Shown: one piece after another, positions 12,601-25,689 of the stretch | Numbering within the stretch: position 1 is the first letter of the stretch | How the letters are laid out: each line of letters opens with the position of its first letter | The notes under the pieces: generated by a model | What the model saw: only the letters and a program-made list of their open reading frames with translations | Told to the model about the DNA's origin: nothing | Database searches by the model: none | Translations under genes and position numbers: made by a program | Assembly: GCA_976551045.1 (NCBI GenBank) | Contig: CDPCPM010000074.1 | Coordinates: 7,688,001 to 7,752,000, forward strand | Length of the DNA stretch: 64,000 nt | DNA from: Glaucostegus cemiculus | Lineage: Eukaryota | Direction: 5' to 3'

Positions 12601-12995
12601 TAAGACACCAGGAAACTGGAGAGAGGTTAATGTTTTATCCTTGGTCGCAAAATGGGAATGGGGGTAAAAACTATCAACTGTAAGTCAATCACTTTAACTT
12701 TAGTCATGGGAAAGCTTTTCAAACCATTGATCCAAGACAGGATTGTCATCTGGAAGAAAATGTGTTAGTTTAGGCAAAGCAGTATGGATTTATTAAGGAT
12801 AAATCATACTTGATAGAATATTTTGAAGAGGTGACAAATGGGGTTGAGGAGGGTAATGCACTTGATGCAGTATAGATGAACATCCAGATAGCTTTTTATA
12901 AAGTACCACAGAACAGCTTGTCAGCAAAGCACAAAAGGGACAATGTTGGCTAAGTAACAGGCAACAAAAGGTCATGGTTAACACTTGTTTTTTTG

Positions 12996-13136
12996 TTCTG
13001 ATGAAGGGTTTTTGACCTGGAACATTAGCTCTGTTTTTCTTCCCACAGATGCTGCCTGACCTCCTGAGTATTTCCTGCATTTTCTGTTCTTAATTCAGAT
13101 TTCCAGCATCTGCAGTTTTTGTATTTTTTTTATTTT
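12996..13136 (+). mobile_element. Short Penelope-pLTR-derived element (141 bp) with hammerhead-like core and 14-bp TSD
   Basis: CTGATGAagggtttttgacctGGAAcatt...cagatgctgcctgacctcctgag...ttccagcatctgcag; flanked by cacttgtttttttg at 12982-12995 and 13137-13150. Confidence 0.8.
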
Positions 13137-14173
13137 CACTTGTTTTTTTGGACTGAGGAAGGTGAATTGTGCTGTTCCCTGGGGATTTGTGTTAGTCTGT
13201 TGCTTTTTTTTCTATATTAAAGACCTAGACATGGGATTGAAAGTCATAATTTCTAAATTTGCAGATGACCACAATATTTTGTAGTATTCTGAACTGTGAG
13301 GTGGATAATGATAAATTGCAGCAGGATGTGACAAGCTGATAGAAATGAGCAGACACAGGGCAGATGAAGTTTACTGCACAAAAATACCAGCTGAAGCATT
13401 ATGGTAGGAAGAATGAGGAGGGGTAACATAGAGTGAAGGATACTGTTCTAAAAGGGGTGCAGGAGCAGAAAGACTTGGGGCTATAAGTCCAGAAGCTACT
13501 GAAAATGGCAGGACAGATTGAGAAAGTGATTAATAAGGCACACGCAATTCTGGGCTATAACAACAGAGGCAGAGTATAAAAGCAGAGAAGTCATGCTGGA
13601 AACACTGGTCTGACCTCAGCTGTGTTCAGTACTCATTGCCTCATTCATGATAGGAAGGATGTGGTGGACTGAAGATAGTCCAGAGGAGATTGATGAGAAT
13701 GGTTCCCAGGATGAGGGACTATGTTTATAAGGATAGATGGGAGAATCTGAGTCTGTTTGCTTTAGAGAAGAGGGCTGAGGGGACATCTGATAGAAATATG
13801 AAGGGTCTGGACAGAGAAGAGGCTGGACATGGGGAGGCTGTTTCCATTGGTGGATGTATTGTTGACTTGAGGTCACAGGTATAAAACAAAAGGGAACAGA
13901 ATTAATAGTAATGTGAGAAACAAACTTTCTTACACGTCATGTGGTTGGAATCTGGAATGCACACTTCCTGCAGATGTGGTGCAGGCAAATTCCACTGTGG
14001 CCTTCAAGAAGGAATTGGATAATTATATAGTGAGGGAAAATTTACAAGGCTACAGAGAAGGAGCCGGGAGGTGGAACTAGTGAGTTGCTCTGGGAGAGAC
14101 CCAACACAAACATGGCCTCAAAATGGTCTCCTTCTGGATGGTAATCATTCCATGACCTATGATTCTGTGATAT

Positions 14174-15870
14174 GAATGTGAAGGGTGGGTTGATACACTC
14201 CCTCTTGCTGGAGAGGGACATTGTCTGACATTTTTGTGGTGCAAATGTTACTTGACGTTTATCAGCCCATGTTTGAATGTTGCCTAGGTCTTGCTGCATG
14301 TGGCAATGGACTAAATCATTTATTGAGCAGTGTTGAATGGATCATCCACGAATATCCCACTTCTGACCTTATGATGAAAGGAAGGTCATTAATAATGTGG
14401 CTGAAGATGGTTCAGCATAGGACAGTGTCTTGATGGATTCGTGCAAAGATATCTTGGGAAAAGGATAGTTGACCTTCAGCCATGTTCTTTTGTGTAAAGA
14501 AAGTCACCAACCACTGGTATGTTGTCCTTTTGATGCCCATTGACTTCAATTTTCCCAGGGTGCTTTGACAGTCAAATGCTGTCATGATGTCAAGGACGGG
14601 CAGTCTCTCCAAACTCTGGAATTCGTATTTTCGGTCCATATTTAGACCATGGCTCTGAAGTCTGGAGCCAAATGGTTCCAGCAAAATTGAACTGGACATT
14701 GGTGAGTAGCTAAATGAGACAAGAGACTGCAAATGTTGAAATCTGGAGCAACAAACAAAAAACAAACTAACTGCTGGAACAACAAGAGACTGCAGATGCT
14801 GGAAACCAATTTCCTCTAGTGTTTTTATCAGTGAGTAGGTGAGTGCATGCTACTTGATAGCACTGTCAAATACAGCTTCTATCACTGATACCGTTTGAGA
14901 GCAGAATGGTTAAGTGATAATTAGACAAATTGGATTTGTCCTGCTCTTTGTGAACAGGACATGCCTGGGCAATTTTCCACATTGTTGGGAAGATATCAAT
15001 GTTGTAACTGTACTGGAACAGCTTGTCTAGAGGCACAGCTAGTTCTGGAGCACAGGTCTTCAGTATTTCAGCTGGCATTTTGCCTTGTCCCAAAGCCTTT
15101 GCTATATCTAGTGCTCTCAGCCATCTCTTGCTATCATGTTGAGTAAATCAAATTGGCTGGAGGTGGGCTTCTATGATGGTGGGGATCTCAGGAGGAAGCC
15201 AAGAAGGTTCGGCTATTTGGCACTTCTCTTCAACCTTCTCTTCAGCATTCACATGCTGGGCCCCATTATCATTGAGAATGAGGATGTTCATGAAATCTCC
15301 TCCTCCTGTAAGCTGTTAAATTGTCCACCACCATTCAAAGTGATAGGACAACAGAGTATTGATCAGATTTGTTGTGAGATCACTTAGCTCCATCTATTGC
15401 ACACTGTATGTGTTTTTTAGCATGTACATATAGTCTTGTGTTGCAGCATCAGCAGGCTGACATCTCATCATTTTCAGAAAGGGCTGTTGCTACTCCTAGC
15501 TTGTCCTTCCTATACTCTTTGGTCTCATTGATCTCTCTGGTTTGATATTAATGGCAGAGTGAGGGATATGCAGGAAAATAAGGTGAGAGTTAGTGTCGAT
15601 TTCCGCTACTGCTGACGGTCCGCAGAGCCTCGTGGATGCACAGTTTTGAACTGCCAGATCCGTTTTGAGTCTACTCCATTCCACAAGCCTGTGGTGCCAC
15701 ACAGAATGAGGGAGGGGGTCCTTGGTGTGACGACAGGACTTTGTCTTCACAAGGACTGTGCAGTGGTCACTTCTACCTGTGCTATCATGGGCAGATGCAA
15801 CTGCTGCACATAGATTGGCGAGGACAAGTCAAGTACCTTCATGTTGATGTTCTGACTACCTGCTGCACAA
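14174..15870 (-). mobile_element. CR1-group LINE 'X', 5' part (ORF2 remnant)
   Basis: Minus-strand ORFs: PAEILKTCAPELAVPLDKLFQYSYNIDIFPTMWKIAQACPVHKEQDKSNLSNY; QQDLGNIQTWADKRQVTFAPQKCQ; VWHHRLVEWSRLKTDLA. Confidence 0.85.
14715..14810 (-). mobile_element. Partial tandem Penelope-pLTR fragments inside LINE X
   Basis: acaagagactgcaaatgttgaaatctggagcaac followed by acaagagactgcagatgctggaa. Confidence 0.55.
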
Positions 15871-16004
15871 CTGGTCAAACTTGAGAGCAGTTTCTTCTGC
15901 TTCAGCCAACTGACCTAATCCCAGACCTAATCCCCAGACAAACTTTTCCAAAGAAATCAGGTTTGAAATGGGTTAGAATTTGTCTGCTGCTGACAACAGC
16001 TATC

Positions 16005-16300
16005 CTCACAATAGTGTAGCAGTTAGCGCAACACTATCACAGCGCTGGAGTTCAACTCTGGCCGCTGCCTGTGAGGAGTTTGTACGTTCTCCCTGTGTCT
16101 GCGTGGGTTTCCTCCGGGTGCTCCAGTTTCCTCCCACATTCCAAAGACATACGTGTTAGGAACTGTGGGCATGCTATGTTGGCACTGGAAGAGTAGCAAT
16201 ACTTGCAGGCTGCCCCCAGCACATTCTCAGTAACTCAAAAAGACACACTTCATGTGTGTTTCGATGTACAGGTGACTAATAAATAACTATCTAAACATCT
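16005..16300 (+). mobile_element. V-SINE (tRNA head, V-domain, Rex1-like tail)
   Basis: A box tagtgtagcagttagc, B box gagttcaactc, V core tgcgtgggtttcctccgggtgctccagtttcctcccaca; tail gtgtttcgatgtacaggtgactaataaa. Confidence 0.9.
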
Positions 16301-18849
16301 ATATCTCCTTGTGAGGTTTGCAATGCCACACTCTTTAGGATGAAGTTGTAGACAATTTAGTCCTGATAGGTAGGAGCCAAGCTGGGGCTGTGGAATAGAT
16401 GATCACATTCCACACAACATGAGTCCATGAGGTCCCCATACTAGTTACAAGTGACACTGAGGAAGCAGGAAGAGAGAAAACTGAAACAATGGTTGGTAAT
16501 GGAGAAGATAAGACAAGCACATTTTATACAGCATCTTTATATTCAGTTAGAGAGTGTTTCCATTCCTTATTTCTAACCTGATTGAAACCCAAACCTTCTC
16601 TGTTAACCCACTGAACCAGATGAATTGACTTTGTCACACGCTGAACTCTTGTTACTGTGAAATCCACACTGTTTATATTGGCTGTCAGCATGATTTGTCA
16701 CTCCCTTTCCTGGCCAGTGCCTGCTGCCTGAGTCATTGGACTCCACTTCTGGGCAGAATAAGTAACAGCTGCTTCCACTGGAGGCAGCATTAACATTGTT
16801 TCTGTTGGACCTCAGTCTCAAGAGATGTCTTTCGAAGTTGGTACTTTCAGACTGCTTTACTTCATCTACCTTAAAGGGTTGTCAATGAAATTCAGCCAGC
16901 CAACACAGCGAAGCTAGCTGCCAAATGCACCTTTTGATTTCAGCCACAGAATCACAAATGTACTATCTGACCCATCATGTCTGTACAGACTCTGCTAGAA
17001 TCCAAGCAACCACTGAATAACAGAAGTAGACCATCCAACTCATTGTATGTATGCTGGCTAGCTCCCTGTACAATCTGAATTAAAATCCAGTGTCCTGCTT
17101 CTTCCCAAAATTCTACATTGTTCTCAGTTTCAAAATGTTGTCCTTTTTTTCCAGTAATATATTTCATGTTCCAAAAACTCTTTGTATGGAGAAATCAAAC
17201 TTAGAATTACTCCTCAGTCTCAGTGCTGGTTTTAGATGTGACGGCACCCTTGTTACCTGACATTACTTCAGTGGGCTCTACCTTGGACAAGGTGACTCCA
17301 TCATGTTAAACTGCATGGGGATAACACCTTGGAAGAAGTGAATTGCAATTTCAGTATGTTAATTGGTCAACTGGGGCATCATGCATTTCGCAGTGTGATT
17401 TGAGTGTTCTGGAACTCACCAGTGAAAGCACAAAGGCAGTGACAATTGTGGAGAACAAGGACATGGCAGGGAAAGTACAGTCTGTGTTCACCATGATCCC
17501 ATCTCCAGTTCAACAGTCACACCATATGCATATCCATACCAACAAACATTAATTGCCAGACAACCTTTTATCAGAGTATTTACTAGACATCAGATGATAC
17601 AGGCAGTTCTAATGATGCAACTTAGATTAAAATTTAAATGACCTTCACCCCTTATGGCAACTTGCTTAATTCTAATTCGCTGGCCAATTAACTCAGTAAC
17701 CTTTGATAATTAAAGGCATGGCAAGTTCAGAATAGCTTCTCCCTATGGCACTCAATCATTTAATTAAAATTCATAGCCCAATTAACTCATCTCACCTGAA
17801 GCCTCGGTCAGATTTGCTTTGTCTTTGTTCCCGCCCCTTTTGCTTCAGAGTTTTGACCAACCACAAGCTACTTTAGGATTTCATGTTTTCAGTATTGCAT
17901 CAAATTGTCATTTCCATTAAGCTTATAAAAGCAGGTAATAATAGTTCAGTATATCACACACAAGGTTTATGATTAATTATGACCAAGAAAGTTAATTAAT
18001 GAAAACCACACATTTCTGAAGTTTGGGTTTTGATGATAAAAAAACCAAGATGGGGCCATTGAATTAAGCAAGCAGGTGAGTTCATAGTCCATCCTTTTGT
18101 ATTTTATACTGGTTCCATTTTGGATTTGGCCATGTGTCTGAAGATATGAAGCAGTTTCCATGAGTTTATATTGTTTATAATTTGATACAGATGTCCCACT
18201 GCCATCAAATGATCAAAGTATGTCTGCAAATGCTTTCAGCATCAAATCTTAATCCAGTATTTGCCCCCAGAATTCACCACAATGTATATTTATTCTTTTT
18301 ATGCAAAAACTGGCTTTTGAGGTAATTATGGAAAATATTAATAATTTGATTGATTTAAAATTGTTTACTTCTGATGTAGCATGTTGTAGCAGATCTTGGT
18401 AGGAACTTGGGAATGTCAGTGATGACTCTTATAACTAATCATAGCCATGAGCTAACTTACTACATGTGACCATAGAATAGTTCCATTTGATGCAGAATTA
18501 TTTCATGTGATCTCTTAAGTAATACCAATGAAAGTCTGTAATTGAATTCTGGAAAATTTCATGCATTTGCAGTCCAAGCATTGGAGAAAAAAATAGACTG
18601 TTTTTTCTTTCTTATTTTCTTTCTTCATAATTCTATTGTTTGGTTTCTGGAAAGGATAATATCACACTGTTGTGATTAAGAGTGCTTTTAGCATATTACT
18701 ACCACAGGCTGTTTTCAAATATGGGTAACTTAACACAGTAGTTACACCAACAGTTTGGTCATTTATTAAAGAGGGGTTAGGATTGGCGATGCGGGGGTGA
18801 GGAGGGAGAAAAAGATCAATTAGTAGAGGTCAGTCATCCTCAGATATGT

Positions 18850-18935
18850 TAAAAACACACTGCTGTAGGAACTCCATGGGTCAAGCAGCATCTGTGGAGG
18901 GAAATGAACAGTCAATGTTTTGGATCAAGACCCTA
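18850..18935 (-). mobile_element. Truncated Penelope-pLTR-derived element
   Basis: tgctgtaggaactccatgggtcaagcagcatctgtggaggga...cagtcaatgttttggatcaagaccc. Confidence 0.6.
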
Positions 18936-19098
18936 CAATAAGTTTTAAAAGACATTTGAAAAAAGCCTATGGATAGGAAAGGATTTGGGGGATATGGGGC
19001 AAATGGGACAAGTTTAGGTGGGCACCTTGGTCAGCCTGGATGAGTTGGGCTGAGGGAACTGTTTACATGCTGTGTTATTCTAGGACTCCAAGATTCTA
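18936..19098 (+). mobile_element. CR1 3' UTR fragment
   Basis: ttttaaaagacatttg...ggatatgggg...ttgggctgagggaactgtttacatgctgtg...ctaggactccaagattctaag. Confidence 0.7.
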
Positions 19099-19429
19099 AG
19101 TCACCAGCACCACAAAGCATCTATTTACAACATCCAGACCCCATCAATATCACTCTGAATGTGCCTGGAGAGCGCTCAGCTGGGAAATGGTGCTCACTCT
19201 TCACTGGGGGCATCCATGAACTTAAAATCTTACTTCTAAATTAGAAAGTTTCTTCTCTTTGAAAAGGCCTGAGTTTCTGCCTAGAAAATCTGGTGGGCAT
19301 GACTTGAATGCTTGGTGAGCTGTTGTTGCCAGGACTACTGTCACTCACCTTGTGGGAGGACCCTCTAGAATCTGTAAAAGTACAAACAGTGCAAGGCATT
19401 GCTTTTGAGGTTAGGACCAGCTTCTTCAT

Positions 19430-19755
19430 CATCAGATCTCTCAGCATCTTCAAGCCCATCGAACCCACGCCAACCATCAGCTACCTATTAGCACTGATCC
19501 TACATTAATCCCATTTTTTTAAAAATTCTCCCCACATTCTGATCAACACCTCCCAGATTCTACACACAAGGGGCAACTTACAGTAACCAATTCACCTACC
19601 AACCCACGTGTCTTTGAGATGTGGGAGGAAAACGGGGCACCCGGAAGAAACCCACACAATTACAGGGAGAATGTGCAAACTCACACACACAGCACCCGAG
19701 GTCAGGATTCAAGCAGGGTCTCTAGCTATTAGGCATCGACTCTACCAACTGCGTC
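19430..19755 (-). mobile_element. HE1-type V-SINE with CR1-like tail
   Basis: gtgggaggaaaacggggcacccggaagaaacccac...gggagaatgtgcaaactcacacacacagcacccgaggtcaggattcaa; tail cttcaagcccatcgaacccacgccaaccatca. Confidence 0.85.
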
Positions 19756-20348
19756 CAGTCCATTTGAGATCCTTGGTCAGTCATGATTCTGAGAATGTTG
19801 ATGGTGGGGGATCTGTGAAATGCTTTTATCAATGTATTAATGAAAATGACAAAAAATTCATCAGTTTTCAGTGTTGGAAATAAGCAGACAAAATACTGCA
19901 GGTTTTTAAAATCTGAAATGATATCAAAAGACAATTGACAAAAATGAATGTATTAAGATTTTTTTTAAACTCACTTGTAAATTAATACTGAAATGATTTA
20001 ATGGGTTTAAATTACACTGAGATTGATTTCCCACATCCTGGTTGACCAGTCTTCTGTAACCCTCCTATTTTCTTACTTTTGCCATGTCTTTAACATTGGA
20101 AATGAGTGCTTGATTGCATTTTAATGGCAAAACATGGTAAATTAAATATTTTAAATAATTTTGAACTTGGGAATTATAAAACTTTTTAGTGTACATTTAA
20201 GAACTAGTTTGTATCATGAGGTATGACTTCTGAAGCATTGTACCCTGCGTTGACAATTCAACAAAAGAGATTCTGTTTGCAGCTCTACCTGTGTTTACTA
20301 CATCTACAATCAACAACACAATGAAGCCCACAACCACTGTTTGAGTTT

Positions 20349-23300
20349 AGACCATAAGACATAGGAGCAGACTTAGGCAATTCGGCCCTTCGAGTCTGCT
20401 CTACCATTCATTCATGGCCGATTTACTTGTCCCCCTCAGCCCCATTCTCCTGTCTTCTCCCTGTAACCTTTGAAACCCTTGCAGAAGTTCATGGGTTCTT
20501 GATTAGCTTTAAATAGACCCAATGATTTGCCCTCCACATCCATCTGTGGCAATAAATTCCACAGATTCACCATCCTCTGGCTAAAGAAATTCCTCCTCAT
20601 CTTTGTTCTAAAGGGATGTCCTTCTATTCTGAGGCTGTGCCCTCTGGCCCTGGACTCTCCCACTACTGGAAACATCCTCTCCACGTCTACTCTATCCAGG
20701 CCTTTCAATAGACAATAGGAGCAGAAGTAGACCATTCGGCCCTTCAAGTCTGCTCCGCCATTTTGAGATCATGGCTGATCCTCAACACTCAATATCCTGT
20801 TCCTGCCTTGTCCCCATATCCCTTGATTCCCCTATCTATAAGAAACCTATCTAGCTCCTTCTTGAAAGTGCCCAGAGAATTGGCCTCCACTGCCCTCTGA
20901 GGCAGTGCGTTCCACAAACTCACAACCCTCTGGGAGAAGAAGTTTTTCATCACCTCTGTCCTAAATGACCTACCCCTTATTCTTAAATCATGTCCTCTGG
21001 TCCTGGACTTCCCCAACATCTGGAACATATTTCCTGTCTCTATCTTGTCCAATCCCTTAACAATCTTGTATGTTTCAATCAGATCCCCTTTCAATCTTCT
21101 CAATTCCAGCATGTACAATCCCAGTCTATCCAACCTCTCTGCATAAGACAGTCCCAACATCCCCGGAATTAACCTCGTATACCTATGCTGCACGCCCTCT
21201 ATAGCCAGGATATCCTTCCTTAACCCTGGAGACCAAAACTGTACACAATACTCCAGGAGCGGTCTCACCAGGGCCCTGTACAAATGCAAAAGAATCTCTT
21301 TGCTCTTGTACTCAATTCCCCTCGTAATACAGGCCAACATTCCATTAGCCTTCATCACCGCCTGCTGCACTTGCTCATTCACTTTCAGCGACTGATGAAC
21401 AAGGACTCCTAGATCCCTTTGTACCTCCCCTTTACCTAACTCCACACCATTCAGATAATAATCCGCCTTCCTGTTCCTGCTCCCAAAGTGGATAACCTCA
21501 CACTTATCCACATTAAACTTCATCTGCCAAGTATCTGCCCACTCACCCAACCTATTCAAGTCACCTTGAATCCTCCTAACTTCCTCTACACATGTCGCAC
21601 TGCCACCCAACTTTGTATCATCAGCAAACTTGCTAATGTTATTCTCAATGCCGTCATCTAAATCATTAACATAGATCGTAAACAGTTGCGGTCCCAGCAC
21701 CGAGCCCTGCGGCACCCCACTAGTCACGGCCTGCCATTCCGAGAAACATCCATTCACCCCTACCCTTTGTTTCCTATCTGCCAACCAGTTTTCTATCCAA
21801 GTTAATACCCTCCCCCCAATTCCATGAGCCCTCACTTTACCCACCAATCTCCTGTGCGGCACCTTATCAAATGCCTTCTGAAAGTCGAGGTACACAACAT
21901 CCACTGAATCTCCCTCGTCTATTTTCCTGGTTACATCCTCAAAAAAAACTCCAGTAGATTAGTCATGCACGATTTGCCCTTGGTAAATCCATGTTGACTC
22001 GACCCAATCCTATCATTGCTATCCAAATACACCGCTATGTCATCCTTAATAATGGACTCTAGCATCTTCCCCACCCCAGATGTCAGGCTAACCGGACGAT
22101 AGTTCCCCGTTTTCTCCCTCCCTCCTTTCTTAAAAAGTGGGATAACATAATATTTGGTATGTTTCAATAAGGTCCCCCCTCATTCTTCTAAATTCTCCAG
22201 CAAGTACAGGCCCAAAGCTATCAAAAGCTCCTTATACATTATAAGAATGATCCCAGGAATGAAAGGGTTAAACCTCCTCTGGACCCTCTCCATCTGCCAC
22301 TTCATTGCCCATCTCCCAAGCTGTTCAAGTCCTTCTGCAGACTCCCTGCTTCCTCCACGCTACCTGCCCCTCCACCAATCATCATGTCATCCATGAACTT
22401 GGCCACAAAACCGTCAATTCCATCATCCAGATTGTTAACATATAATGTGAAAAGTAGTGAACCCAACACTACTAGTCACTGGCAGCCAGCCAGAAAAGGC
22501 CGCCTTTATTCCCACTCTTTGCTAGTACCTTTCCTGTAATACCATGAACTCCTATCTTGCTAAGCAGCCTTGTGTGCGGCATTCTAAAAATCCAAGTAAA
22601 CAACATCCACTGTCAGGCAAGATCTCCCCTTCAGGAAACCATACTAACTTTGGCCTATTTTATCATGATCTTCCAAGTACCCCAAAACCTCATCCTTAAC
22701 AATGGATTCTAACATCTTGCCAACCATTGAAGTCAGGCTAACTGACATATAATTTCCTATCTTTTGCCTCCCTTCTTAAAGAGTGGAGTGACATTTGCCA
22801 TTTCAGTCCTCTGGAACCATTTCTGATTCTATTGATTCTTGAAAGATCATTACTAATGCCTCCAATCTCTTCGGCTACCTCTCTCAGAACCCTGGGATGT
22901 GGTCCATCCAGTCCAGGTGACTTACCTGCCTTCAGACCTTTGTTTCCCAAGCACCTTCTCCTTAGACTACACTCACTTCTGCCCTCTGACTCTCTTGAAT
23001 TTCTGGCATGTTGCTGGTGTCTTCCACAGTGAAGTCTGATGCAAAATACTTAGTTTGACTGCCACTTCCTTGTTCCCTATTACTACTTCTCCAGTGTCAT
23101 TTTTCCAGTGGTCAGATGACTACTTTTGCCTCGCTTTTATTCTTTATGTACCTGAAGAATCTTTTGGTATCCTCTTTTATATTATTGGCAAGCTTACCTT
23201 CATATTTCATCTTTTCTCCCATCATTGCTTTTTTAGTTGCCTTCTGTTGGTTTTTAAAAGCTTCCCAATCCTTTAGCTTCCCATTAATTTTTGCAATATT

Positions 23301-24240
23301 GTATGCCCAATCTTTCGTTCTTATGCTGTCTTTGACTTCCCTCGTCAGCCACAGTTGCCTCATCTTCCCTTTAGAATGCTGCTGCTTCTTTGGGATGAAC
23401 TGATCCTGCATCTTCCAAATTACTCCCAGAAACTCCGGCTATTGCTGCTGTGCTGTCATCCCTGCTAGGGTCCCATTCCAATCAACTTTGGCCAGCTCCT
23501 CTTTCATGCCTCTGTAGTTACTTTTACTCAACTGTAATACCAATACAGCCGATTTTAGATTTGCCCTCTCAAACTGCAGGGTGAATTCTATCACATTATG
23601 ATCACTGCCTCCTAAAGGTTCCTTTACCTTAAGCTCCCAAATTAAATCTGGTTCATTGCACAACGCCAAATCCAGAATTGCCTTTTCCCTAGTGTGCTCG
23701 ACTACAAGGAGCTCTAAAAAGCCATCTTGTGGGCATTCTATAAATTCCTTCTCTTGGAATCCAGTCTAACCTGATTTTCCCAGTCTACCTGCATATTGAA
23801 ATCCCCCATGACCACCATAATAGTGCCCTTTTTACATGCCTTTTCTATCTCCTGTTGTAATTTGTACCCCACATCCTGCCTATTATTCGGAGGGTTGTAT
23901 ATAATTCCCATCATGGTCTTTTTACCCCTGCAGTTTCTTAACTCTACCCACAAGGATTCTACATCTTCTGATCCTATGTCACTTCTTGCTAGGGATTTGA
24001 TTTGATTTTTTTTCTTACCAACAGAGCCATTCCACCCCCTCTGCCCACCTGCCTGTCTTTTCGATGGGATGTGTATCCTTGGATACTAGCTCCCAGCTAT
24101 AATCTTTTTTCAACCACTAATCAGTGATGTTCACATCATCATATCTACTAACTTCTAACTGCACTATGAGCTTGTCTATCTTATTTTGCATACTGCATGC
24201 ATTCAAATATAACACCTTCGGTCCTGTATTCACTGCCCTT
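20349..24240 (-). mobile_element. CR1 LINE A (endonuclease to 3' end, deleted and frameshifted); host of the nested CR1 B
   Basis: Endonuclease motifs WVELRN..GKKT.MGIIY.PPN, VMGDFN, EPLGGSDHNVIEF; KSPGLDGPHPRVLREVAEEI; 3' tail agaccataagacatagg. Confidence 0.9.
20711..22148 (-). mobile_element. Young CR1 LINE B, 5'-truncated, nested in CR1 A; RT ORF 20789-21904 intact
   Basis: 371-aa ORF with DVVYLDFQKAFDKVPH, SGVPQGSVLGP, SKFADDTKL; flanked by aata at 20707-20710 and 22149-22152; host resumes colinearly. Confidence 0.95.
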
Positions 24241-25689
24241 CTCAAATTTTTCTTGATGGAGTTTAGGATGTTACTGTTTGAGGCAGCAGTTGGTTAGTGG
24301 TTGAGGAAGCATGCAGGAGTGCTGCCATCATAGAGCTAGCCCTTGTGAATGTGAGGCAGTTTTGCTCGGAGTATGATTCTGCTTCTTTTTATAAAAATAT
24401 AAACAGACCCACAAAGTCTGTCATAGTGCTATAGACTTACTTATCAAGGCCAGGTCATGTGGATATTGCAAGCAGATCAAAAGAAACCAGCTGTTTAACA
24501 TGTATGTTAAAGCAGGAAGGCCAAGAAAGAAAATATACCCATATAATCAATTATATGAATGAAGCTATACGATTTGTTAACTATTTACATTAACGTACAG
24601 ATATAAATTCGATCATTTATGAACGTGTTCAGTTTTTTGGTCCACTTTCACATGTTTCTTTGGCACACTGTTTTGACCATGTCCATAAGGTTATGATGTT
24701 GCATACTGTTTTTTTAGCCTAATTCCAAGAGTCATCAAGGCTTCCTCATTTCTACAGGGGTGAATGACATCAATCGTATTTTAAGCAATGTATCACTATT
24801 GTCTGTGCAAGTTTGAGGTCCCTACAATCACTGCAGTCATACAGCCATTTGTTGTTCCACCATCTTGTCTTCAAAAAGGCAATGACATAGTGGTGGAAGC
24901 AGATGCCAGATACAAAATGTAATGTTGATTAAAGGAGAGTAAATTAATTGTGGCCCAATGCAGAAATCATAATCTAACGAGAATAAGGGACATTATTTGT
25001 CATTTCTGGAGTTATCTTGAGATTTTACTATTATTACTTTACTTTTAACTTAAACAAGCAGTAATGTTGTCAAATCATAATTTCCATGTTTACATTCATT
25101 TATCTTTAAATAAATTTCAGTAAGGTGAAAAGCTGTCTTTTGTACTTGGTGTTTGCTTTGGTATCACACAGCAGCTGTTAAAACATCAGGTGAAAGAATG
25201 CAGTTTTAAAAATAGATTAATCACTTTTAAATTCTATTTTATATGTAACAATTTAAAACTGCAATGTCAAAAGTCAGATGTAATGTAGAAAAACTTGCCG
25301 ACGCACAGCAGGCAGTGGAACTTGTAAATCATGCTGCCTGCAGATCTAAACTGTGTGACTGGGCATTTGTCTCTTTATGGAGCCTGGGTATATGGATCAA
25401 AATGTAACCAGAATGCAACCTTACCAAAGGTTCTTGTAAAATGTTTGCTCCAGCATTTGGTATCTTGATTGAGAATGGCTTACTCCATGCACCCTATGAC
25501 ATAATAAGGTTATACTTGGAGAAGCTATTGAGGAATTCTTCCTATTTGTTGTTAAATCATCAGCTGTAATTTTCAGTAGAAATAGCAAATTGGAAAAATC
25601 ATAATGCAGCACAGAATATTGCAACAAAAGGTATTTACTTCCAGAATCCCCTTACTCATGTGCTACTGAGCCAGGTATAAATAATGTCT

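Larger units (their letters stand above)
11765..14173 (+). mobile_element. Old CR1 LINE (ORF2 remnant, many stops) inserted into LINE X
   Basis: LNEYFAS.FT, PDEMHP.IL, ISKFADD and RMVPRMRD motifs; ends gtaatcattccatgacctatgattctgtga. Confidence 0.8.

Noticed and set aside
12465-13136. Inverted repeats read as TIRs of a single DNA transposon
   Set aside because: The sequence between them is colinear host CR1, and the right copy has its own TSD, so these are independent insertions.
16005-16080. tRNA gene (A/B boxes; also at 33065, 38400, 38593)
   Set aside because: These are tRNA-derived SINE heads followed by the V-domain, not complete cloverleaf genes.
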